Made by a program: the position numbers and the translations under genes. Of a stretch of 64,000 nt of DNA, positions 53,540 to 64,000 are shown in pieces. This DNA comes from Octopus sinensis. Lineage: Eukaryota. The notes beneath the pieces were generated by a model that saw only the letters and a program-made list of their open reading frames with translations, was not told the DNA's origin and did not search any database. The stretch is taken from NCBI RefSeq assembly GCF_006345805.1, contig NC_043002.1:88970001-89034000 (forward strand), read 5' to 3'. Position 1 is the first letter of the stretch. Each line of letters starts with the position of its first letter.

Positions 53540-54578
53540 CAGCAGCAGCAGCAGTGATGGTGGTGGTGCTGCTGCTGGTAGAGAATTGAGGGTGGAAAAA
53601 CCCAGCTCTGAAGGAGAATTCATTTTAGTTAGGTGAATACAGGTTAAGCCACATCTGTTAATATATTAGTGATGATGGTGATGATGAAGATCATCATCAT
53701 TATCACCATCATTTACATGAAAGACACAATACTCACAAGTGTTCAAAATAAATTCAGTCTATAATGCTTCTGCACATTGAAAAACATAAATAATGAGCTA
53801 CAAGACTTCAATCTACTGATAAGGGAAAATGAGATAACGAGTATTCATATTTCCCTCAAAAATACTGATTTATTATTATATAAGCATAAAGTCACAAATT
53901 TGGTGAGAAGGCAATAGCAATCAATTATAGCAAATCCAGTATTTAACTATTATATTGTCGGCACAAAAGTTGATCGTGATAGTATTTGAACTCACATCAT
54001 AAATATAATTAAATACCACAAAATATTTTGTCTGTTGCTCTACTTATTCTACCAATCCACCACTCTTCTCCCAAAAATATTAACATCATAGATAAACTCA
54101 AATGGTTGCAACCTGAAATTGAAACCCAATTTCAGACTTGTTTCACTGAAAGCACAGTACTCCTCAACAATACTCAACTGCTTGCTTGACAAGTCACATG
54201 ATCTGAGATCATGTGTTGAAGTTGAAAGAATTCTTTTGTGAAAGAACCAGTTAAGAAAGGACACATCAATATTGCGAAAGTGTGTTGGTGACTAGGTTGC
54301 AAAAGTGTGTGGAAACTGTGATACTTCGTTGTATATAACATATTTATTTACTCATGTGTAATGTGAGAAATTTAAATACAAAACATCAGAGTGAGAAGTA
54401 ACTCAAATTCCTGTTACATTCACTCTGGCATGGGTTGGACAGGGTTTGACCCAGAGCTGGCTAACAGGGAGCTGCCCAGAATACAACTGTCAACTGTCTG
54501 TTGTGGCATGGTTTCTACGGCTGGATGCTCTTCCTAGCACCAACCACTTAGCAAAGAGTGCTGGGTGATTTTTTTTTT

Positions 54579-54812
54579 ACCTGGCGTTGTGAGTGTTTAT
54601 TGCCCGAAAACACCCAAAGCTCCACGAGGGTCCGGCAGGGGGTGGTGGCGATCCCCGCTGTACTCTTTCGCCACAACTTTCTCTCACTCTTTCTTCTGTT
54701 GGCCTGCTCGCTTAGCAAGCGGGATGGTGTCATTTGAAAGGCTAAAACAATATGAAGCACATTGTGACCACCGATGTGTGGCAACATCTGATAGCCTGGT
54801 CGGTCACGGTGA
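54579..54812 (+). mobile_element. 5'-truncated SINE of a fourth family (possibly carrying the Ceph domain)
   Basis: GC-richer block gttgtgagtgtttattgcccgaaaacacccaaagctccacgagg...gatagcctggtcggtcacggtgat ending in (TA)n. The family assignment is from recall only. Confidence 0.5.
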
Positions 54813-54832
54813 TATATATATATATATATATA

Positions 54833-54888
<56 letters not shown>

Positions 54889-54904
54889 TACACACACATA
54901 CATA

Positions 54905-55154
54905 TTGGGTTGGTGCATAATTATTGTGGCTTTTTTTTATCGAATTTTATTCATCAACAACACTAACAATATTTAACAAAAACATCTTTAAATGACGGTC
55001 TGACCATCTGCCAAGCAATGGGAAGCAGTAATTGAAGTACATGGTGAATATGCTCCAGAATAATCATTTAAAGATGTTTTTGTTACATGTTGTTATTGTT
55101 TTTGCTGAATAAAATTTGTTGAAAAAAAGCAGCAATAATTATGCACCAACCCAA
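54905..55154 (+). mobile_element. Mariner-derived MITE retaining the transposase C-terminal codons
   Basis: TA|ttgggttggtgcataattattg...caataattatgcaccaacccaa|TA (Hsmar1/MADE1-like TIR). 55019-55063 encodes WEAVIEVHGEYAPE*. Confidence 0.88.
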
Positions 55155-55894
55155 TATATATATATATATATTATATATACACACACACATATATACACAC
55201 ATATACATATATATACACACACACACATACATACAGACACACACACATACATATATACACACACACATACACACACACAAATACACACACACACAATACA
55301 CACACACACACACACAATACACACACACACACATACAACAACAACAATAAACTATTGCCTAACAAAATAGTTATTTTATTCAATTAGTAATTCAAATTCC
55401 TGTTACATTCACTTTCAGTTATTTCTTGATAATATCATACATATTTCAATGCAATTTTAAAAATAACATCTGGCCACCCACTTTAAATAATTGAATATCA
55501 GAATTATACTATGTATTTATATATATACACTTTAAAAAAAAAGTTGAGTTTAATGCTACCTGTCACTTCTCACTCTGATGTTTTGTATTTAAATTTCTCA
55601 CATTACGCATGAGTAAATAAATATGTTATATACAACGAAGTATCACAGTTTCCATGCACTTTTGCAACCTAGTCACCAATGCACTTTCGTAATATTGATG
55701 TGTTCTTTCTTAACTGGCTCTTTCACAAAGGAATTTTTTCAACTTCAACGCATGATCTCAGATCATGTGATTTGTCAAGCAAGCAGTTCCAAACAGAACA
55801 CATACAGAGTTGTTTTATATCACTGATCCTGTGGTTGCAAATGTAGCATGCTTACTTATTTATTCATTTATTCATTGTGTTGCATAACTGGCCT

Positions 55895-56312
55895 GTTAAA
55901 AGCACCCTTTAAATGTTGGGCAATGTGCTGTGCTTGTGAAGACCTGTCAATCCAAGTGAAATCTTAGTCACGGCTGATGCCAGTCCCGTCTGACTGGCAC
56001 ATAAAAAGCACCACTTGAGCATTGAGCCTCATGGAAGCAGTGACAGGTGACTGAGACCTTTGGCACAATATACCATGCTATGTGGACCTGTCAAGCCAAG
56101 CAAGACCGTAGTTGTGGCCAATGTCAGTGTCAGGTAAATGGCACCTGTGCTGGTGGCACACAAAAAAAAAAAACCCTTGGAGTGGTTGGCAATAGGAAAG
56201 GCATCCAGCCATAGAAACCTTGCCAAATCAGATTGGAACCTGGTGCAGCTCCCCAGCTAACCAGTTTTCAATCAAACTGTCCAACCCATGGCAGCATGGA
56301 AAACGGAACATT
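55895..56312 (+). mobile_element. Longer, diverged family C copy
   Basis: ggagtggttggcaataggaaaggcatccagccatagaaac...ccaacccatggcagcatggaaaacgga. Confidence 0.75.
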
Positions 56313-56989
56313 ATGTTAACAACAAACAAGATGAGGACAAATATCCGTTAATTGTAAATAATGTACACACAGTTGATGCTATTCAAGTGTGCTCATTGGT
56401 GAATTTGAAATAATCTATCTGAAGGAAGTCCATTATGTGTGGGTGAGTGTGGTTCCATTCATCAAATTCTGCTTGTGAAGCAATGGTCAACTTAAGGCTA
56501 ATATATTAGAAGACGGGTGACAGTAGAATCAACTATGGAACTAAATAGTTGCAAAACTAAATTCATCATGACATAGTTATGCCAGTGCCATCTGCATTAT
56601 ATCTGGTCTTCTTATCCTTTTTACATCCACTTTTTGCAAGTAGGCATGGGTTAAACAAGAATTATTGAAACAATATTATTTAACAGATAGATGCCATTTC
56701 TGTTGCCAATCCTTACCTCTTTGGCATTCACACACACACAGTATGCATTGATAATGGGAAATGTAAATATAACAATACAATCACCCAAGTGGCATCAACA
56801 CACGCACACACACACACATGATGGGCTTCTGTATAGTTTCCATTTACCAGTTTTTCTCATGACACATTGGTCAACCTGAGAGTATGATAGAAAATATTTG
56901 TTGAAGGCAGCACACAATGAGATGGAACCCAAAACCATATGCTTATGAAGTAAACTTCATTACTATGCAGCCTTACCTGTCCCATAGAT

Positions 56990-57360
56990 ATGTGCATGTG
57001 GTAAGATGCTTGCTTCCCAACCACATGGTTCCAGGTTCAGTTCCATTGTGTGGCACCTTGGGCAAGTGTCTTCTACCACAGCCTCAGGCTGACCAAAGCC
57101 TTATGAGTGGGTTTGATAGATGAAAACTGAAAGAAGCCTGTTGTTGTGTGTGTATCATTGTGTTTGTGTTTGTCCCAAACTGCCACTTGACATCCTGTAT
57201 TGATGTGCTTACATCCCTGTAACTTAGTAGTTCAGCAAAAAAGTCAAATAGAATAAGTACTGGGCTTTGAAAAAAAAGTTCTGGGATCAATTCATTCAAC
57301 TAAAAATTCTTCAAGGCAATGCCCCAGCATGGCCACAGTCCCATGACTTAAGAAGTTAAA
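56990..57360 (+). mobile_element. Diverged SINE family A copy, with a degenerate inverted copy at about 56810-56980
   Basis: Homology to 62056-62465. Confidence 0.75.
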
Positions 57361-57384
57361 GATAAAAAAGATATAAGAGGCATG

Positions 57385-57417
<33 letters not shown>

Positions 57418-58341
57418 TTTCAAGGTAGCACAAATTTACCTCCTCCCCCAATGAAGCTATCTTATATCCTCCAATCAAAATGCTAGACAATTAAAGAAAT
57501 GTCTCATCACACTGAGTACAAAAAATGTCAATTAATTCCAAAACAAATTAAGGAGGAAATGAAGAGATTTCTAATTTTACTTGATTTCCCTATGTCAAGT
57601 TTAAAGTGAAGTACAAATAGCTCAGTTTCTGATGATCAGTCATTCTTTCTCTCTCTCTCCAATTTCCTGTCTCCATTTTCTCTTGATGGTTTTATTCCTC
57701 TTTTGAGACTCGCTTAGTGAGCAAATATTTAAAAAAACATAAAAATCAATATCAGTATGAAATTGGGTGCAGAGAGCAAGAAATGCAAGTTCCCAACAAA
57801 CAGAGTCCATGACACAATTTTGATTCTCCATAGAAGCCATTCCAATCAATTCACTTACATTCAAAATGCCAATGGGTAATGCTTGTATATTACATCATCC
57901 AATTTCTCTTCCCCAATATACTTAATACTTTGCAATTGTATAGAACACATAAAAAAGAAAATCAATTTTCACATGGAATTCAAAAAACAAAAATGCAAAA
58001 ATTGGAAATGGAGCCAAATTGCAAACAACACACATTTAGTACTTCCAGTAAGAGAAAAATCTTGGGGGGGGGGGGGAGGTAAAATAAAATATTTCCTAAC
58101 ATATGTGTGATGCTTATAGTAATAGGCAGGCAATAATATTGAAAGAATTCAATAATGGTTAAAAATTCAAAAATGAAACAATGAATAAAAAAAAAAAAAA
58201 TAAGTAAAAACAAAAAAAAATACAAAAAAAAGCAACTCCACCTCAGTTCCCCACAAAATAGTTTAAAGCGTTCCCTGCACACACTGCAACAATCTTAGTG
58301 CGAAATGCTGCTGCTCACCCCTCTTTCAACCTTTTCAACAA

Positions 58342-58343
58342 CT

Positions 58344-58375
<32 letters not shown>

Positions 58376-58548
58376 CACCAACAACAACAACAACGACAAC
58401 AACTACTATTCCTGTCACTACACACAATGCCACATCAACCATCACCACCACCATCTTCATCAGTAACAACAATAGGAAATCTATTATGATCATCATCATC
58501 ATCAGTCACAGCAATAGTGAATCCACCACCACCACCACCACCATCATC
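58342..58548. repeat. Compound trinucleotide repeats (CAC/CAA/CAT)
   Basis: Direct reading. Similar tracts lie at 43437-43532 (GGT) and 53470-53580 (GGT/AGT/AGC). Confidence 0.9.
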
Positions 58549-59852
58549 ACATTTTTCAATAAGATGCTCAACTGAATAAGATTTCCCTTGACTGATAAAG
58601 TCAGTGATGCAAAAACATCTGTAAACTCAGTAATGCAGTTTTCTCCCTAAAATTAGAAAAATAACCCAGAATTTTTCATTCAACCATCACTTCCTTCACA
58701 CTACTACCCTACTATACAGCATTGTAATATCACTGCTCTCCTCACCAAAATAACTGTAAAAGAACTGAAACAAAGATTTCCTTTAATACCAAAAATATCC
58801 CCCTGAGAAGTAAGATAAAACATTTAAAAATGAGAAAGGGGGATGGATAGAGGAAAGAAGAAAAAAAAGGTAAAAAGAAAATACATTTTTTTTTTCTCTA
58901 ATAGAAAAAAGGTGTGTTATTTTGCAGAAGATAGGAATATTCAGAGAAAACATTCATAAAGAACCGTTTTGTTTTGTGCTGCTTTTTTCTTTTAGTTTTT
59001 GTTTTTCCTTCTAAGTACTTGCTGAACTTAAACCTGGATCCAATCAAATGTCAGCATTGATAAAATAACTATTTGGTAGTAGCAACATGAAGGTGTTGTG
59101 GACTACCTTATTTACCCTTTCTTCCTACCAAAGGAACACACACACACACACACAAGGTTTTCGCAGTCCTCCCCATCAAAAAAATAAAATAGTATTACCA
59201 AAGTAGAGGCAAAACACAGGAAAAATGAGGTTAATATATTGATTTTTGCAGAAAGAGCATTGATTGCGTAAAACTTAGAATAATACAGAAAATAAGTACC
59301 CCTCCTACCAAAAAAAAAAGAAAGGAAAGAATGGAGACAGGAAAGAGAATCATGTGGAGGAGGATCAAAAATTGTGAAAAAATTTGCTCCTTATTCCAGC
59401 CACATTCGAATCATTTGCTGGGATAATACAGCTATTTATACAAGTCTTATCTAAAATTTACATAAAGTGTTGTATTTACTCTTTCCACACTCTCATCTTT
59501 GTCATCAAGTAATACTGAAAACAAATAATGTAGCTTTAGGTTTAATCAGGGAACAAATGATTTGAACTCTCCCTTCAGATTTTCCAGTTTGCTCCATTAA
59601 GCTCTCATGTTATACAAAGCTGCTCAGCAAACAAACCAAATACTTGATTATCTTTGAAAACAATGAACAGAGCAACCCAGAACCAACCCCCTCTAAATAA
59701 CAACAGCTAGTAGGGAAACAAGTGACCCCCGACAGAGACTGACTTCTCATATAAGAGCAAAACTCCAATTCCAAGATCATTTCATAACTGATATCAGTGT
59801 TTTTGTCTCTCTGGATACAATATTGTATTCTACAAACCTCAATTAACTGCAT

Positions 59853-60102
59853 TATCATCATCATCATCATCATCATTTAATGTCTGCTTTCCATGCTAGC
59901 ATGGGTTGGACAGGTCAACTGGGGTCTGGGAAGCCAGGAGGCTGCACCAAGCTCCAGTCTGATCTGGCAGTGTTTCTACAGCTGGATGCCCTTCCTAACG
60001 CCAACCACTCTGTGAGTGTAGTGGGTGCTTTTTACGTGCCAGACGAGGTTGGCAACGGCCACGATCGGATGGTGCTTTTTACGTGCCACCAACACGGAGG
60101 CC
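59853..60102 (-). mobile_element. Retroposon family C copy
   Basis: (CAT)n followed by the family C body. Confidence 0.85.
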
Positions 60103-62055
60103 GCAATACTAGAAATTCTGATAAAACTGCCTGCAATGTGCCAGAGTTCTGTGAATGTTTGGAAAGTAAATTTGGCTCAGCTGTTTAATGTTACTAAAAC
60201 TGAATAAAGTAACAGCTTTGATTCATAAATGCGATGTTTTCTTCACTTTAGTATAGGATGATTTCTAATTCATAATTCAGTATTTGTTTACCACATATAG
60301 ACACTGCATATAAAATGTATGCATATTAAATAACAAATATTAACAAATAACATGGGTCAGGCATGGCTATGTGGCTAAGACATTCACTTCCCCCATATGA
60401 CTCCAGGTTCAAACCCACTGTGCAGCACATCTCATTTATTTACCTAAATGGAAAATTAATCTCCATGTTAGCCATATTAGTTACACCACATTAATAACAT
60501 TTGATAAATAACACTTTCTTTTTTTTTTATTTAATTATAACCCAATTGATATTTCTTTTATTTTCTTCTTAAGAATGAAATAAAAACACTGCACTCTTAG
60601 TGAAAAGAAAATCAAAAACCTTTGAGAAGTTCTCTACAGAAAGGTTAAAAGTGACTCTTTGGAACCTAAAGCAATAAAAACTGAGCTGTTTCTCTTTCTA
60701 TTCAAAAAAATATGTATATGACCAATTCTAAGAAAATATCTTCAAAAAATGAAATCCTTTTGAAACAACCAAGACATATTTACTTAGAAACAGCTGCACC
60801 CATAAATTATTTGCTTTCAATGTTTACATACAAAACAAACATTTCCAGGTCAACTTTTAAGACTAAGCAATTTTTCACCCCCAACTCAGTGTACCCCTCC
60901 ACCACCACCAACATTAGATTTCTATTTATAGAAAGGAAATACCATTATGATGACCTGACTGGACTACAACCTTGTACTGGTTCACTGCCTGGCGTAAGAA
61001 AAAAAAAATACACTCATAGAAACATGTTATGAATTTTTGTGACTCAGGATTCCAAATGAACAGATCACCAAGATATATGCATTCTTCAGAAGAAGAAGAA
61101 TGGGAAAAAATACTATATTCCACTTGTAATCAGTTTGAAGTCCTACTTGAAGCCAATTAAGACCATTTATGTTGTTAATGCTTTTGAGAAAGTCAAGAAT
61201 GTCACACAATCTCAATTCTCCTAGAAATTCGTGGTTTTATGTCTAATTACCACCAGTAAATATAATTCAACTCACTTCCTGTTTACCAGCAAGAAAGTCA
61301 TTTCACAATTGTTGTTGTTGGTGTTATTGTTGGAGTTTAACTTCAAATCAGCTTAATGAAGCTGATATCCAAGGACTAAATTATCCTAAGTATCTTTACT
61401 TTAAGATGGTAAGGAATGATTTGAGAAAGATTTGACTGATATTTCTATCATACCAAGCAGCCACATAAAGGCTTCTTCTTTGTCTTGTATGTAGTTTTTT
61501 TTTTAATTTATGGCAGCTTAATAGTTCAATAAAAATTATATTGTCTTTGGTGGTTAGATGTTTAAGAAAAGATAGTTTATGCATTAATGGCATAGCGTAA
61601 CCACAGAATAAAAGCCAGTGAACCAAAAATACACTAAAATCAGTTTAATTATGTAATAACTATAATTTGATTTATCTCAACAGACTTTGTTAAGTTTTCA
61701 GTTAATTAATAGTACGTAGTTGTAGAATGCCTAGAAATGTTTTAAGATTATTTGGAACAATATTTTTTTTGCTTTCAGGAGCATTAATCATGACCCTTTA
61801 AGCTTTCCATTACAATGTCCTAAGAACATACTTTTACTTTTGTAGCTCTTGGGAAAATATGTAATTTTTGTGCTTGACAACTTAGAGCAGGCATAGGCAA
61901 TCTCATAGGCTGCATGAGACATGGATCATCATCAGGTGGACTGCACTACTAAAAAATTCAAGATAAATTCAAGTTATGCACTCTATTCAGAAAGTCCTGC
62001 ATGCCACAGTATACTTGTGACTGCCTTAGACTGTTTCTTAATTAGCAAATATAGG

Positions 62056-62465
62056 TGTAGGAGTGGCTGTGTGGTAAGTAGCTTGCTTACCAACCACATG
62101 GTTCCAGGTTCAGTCCCACTGCATGACACCTTGGGCAAGTATCTTCTACTGTAGCCTCAGGCCGACCAAAGCCTTGTGAGTGGATTTGGTAGACAGAAAC
62201 TGAAAGAAGCCCGTCATATATATGTATACATGTATGTGTGCACGTATATGTTTCTATGTCTGTGTTTATTCCCCCCACACACACACACACATCGCTTGAC
62301 AACCGATTCTGGTGTGTTTACGTCCCCGTAACTTAGCGGTTCGGCAAAAGTGACCGATAGAATAAGTATTAGGCTTACAAAGAAAAAGTCTTGGGGTCGA
62401 TTTGCTCGACTAAAGGCGGTGTTCCAGCATGGCCACAGTCAAATGACTGAAACAAGTAAAAGAGT
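62056..62465 (+). mobile_element. Full-length SINE family A
   Basis: Near-identical to 16553-16942. Confidence 0.92.
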
Positions 62466-64000
62466 TATGAAACATTTTTTTAGTTCCAACAATTTACAAA
62501 AAAGTGACAGGTGGCCAGGTTGATGACAGGACAAACAGCTGAAAAATTAACAGTTTGTCACAAATCTGTACTTTGTCTATATGCAAAATATTTAACTCTT
62601 ACTGCTTCAAAACAGCCTGTAAATAGACACTAATGATATACTGTTGTAATGAGTAATATTAATGTTTGATTAACTAGCAATTATTTTGCAGTGCTGAAGT
62701 CAAATCCCTACAATAAACTTTTGCAAAATTCTCAGAAATGTTCAGCACAAGTGCACTGTCATCGATTAAAAATATGAAGTTAAATTGAGAGTTAGAGCTA
62801 GTCAAGTGAACTCATTCTTCCTACACACATGTACACAGATTTAAAGAGACAGATGGCAAACCATTCCACTATATTTATCTTTCAATCACTAAAACACAAA
62901 GACCCCAAAGGGTTACAAGATATTACATCGGATACAAATGAAAGATTATGTCCACAACACAAATAAAATGCATACATATAAATGCAGACACTGAAAATTT
63001 TGAAATATAGACACTCAGATATAGTTATATCAAAACCACAGGAACTAAGCAGCACAATGAAATGATTTTGTACGATAATTTCAAAAATAAGCATGAATTT
63101 AGTGAGATTTACTAAAATAACTTTTCATTTTTAGGTTTGTGTTTTGAACAAAATATTTTTATGTGAAATTATGGTAGACTTGTAGCAAATCCCTCATGTA
63201 CCATGTCCATTATTTATAATGGTTGGAATAGCTTGTCACGGTTATATTGATTGATCAACCAGAGGAGAATGTAAATAAAACTATTGTTAAATGTTATCTT
63301 CCACTTTTGTTTATGCAGGCCAGAATTTATAATTCCCTACAGGTTTTAATTTAAACATGATCACTTTAAGATGAGAGGTTTTCTGTTGTAGGATCAAAGA
63401 TAGTCTCATGTGGGTTGGTATCACAAGAGCTTTAAAGTAGCTCACAGTAATGGCTGCAACGTCAACTATATCAACACATGACTACATGATAATGAGAAAT
63501 ATGCAATATTCAGCAGCACCTTATTATCACCCCACTATGATTACAACCTCCACCCCAGCAATCTAGTTATTACCATTTTCACAGTCGTTATTTCATCAAA
63601 ATATTAATCTTTAAAAGCATGTGTCAGCTACTTGAATCTTTCAAAACAGAAATTGCACCTCAACGCCTATCATCATAGTTTGTACAAGTAATGCAACCTT
63701 TAAGCTGCAGATTACTGAATCTTCAGGGCAATAAGCAAATATAGAAATTAAAAAAAAAAAGAAGAAAAAAATTAGTATTTAACATTTTCATTTGAAAATG
63801 TTTAAGTGAAGATTGAAATTTTCTTTTAATGAATAAATTAGTTGTAGATCAGTACACAGTAACACTTTACAGCCACCTTTAAGTCACTAAGTGATTTTAT
63901 CAGTTACTTCAAGTGATTGGAGATTAACCTTTTAAAGAACTTTTGGATAAATATTTATTTTTTTAATACACATAAAAACCAGTCTAATTATTTCTAAAAT

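Noticed and set aside
57859-57950. Donor-like AAT|gtaagtga with a short upstream ORF (MCSIQLQSIKYIGEEKLDDVIYKHYPLAF*)
   Set aside because: The ORF stops before the donor and has no recognisable homology. At most a non-coding exon, which cannot be supported here.
58298-58489. Poly-His/poly-Gln ORF
   Set aside because: A trinucleotide microsatellite with no splice or homology support.

Overview
AT-rich, microsatellite- and transposon-dense animal genomic DNA. The SINE/MITE families and (TA)n/(CA)n load look like a coleoid cephalopod, probably Octopus (inference). Almost all ORFs in the supplied track are repeat artefacts. The only convincing host coding sequence is one 87-bp phase-0/0 exon on the minus strand (13218-13304, DDSEEYDSKLDLEELLNLETDSERRCYAM), which resembles exon 2 of the PPP1R14/CPI-17/PHI-1 PP1-inhibitor family, so the window is probably two very large introns of that gene. 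The rest is three or four SINE families, CR1 and RTE LINE fragments, Penelope-like fragments, mariner-, piggyBac-, hAT- and Merlin-like MITEs, and a Helitron-like element that has absorbed other repeats. The most notable observations are two type I hammerhead ribozyme folds (3754-3814 +, 21111-21198 -), a series of near-perfect local fold-back duplications next to microsatellites (up to 270-bp arms), a MITE carrying (TTAGGG)n, and a candidate 16-nt ATG-containing micro-exon. I see no multi-gene novel system. All calls are by eye, without database searches.
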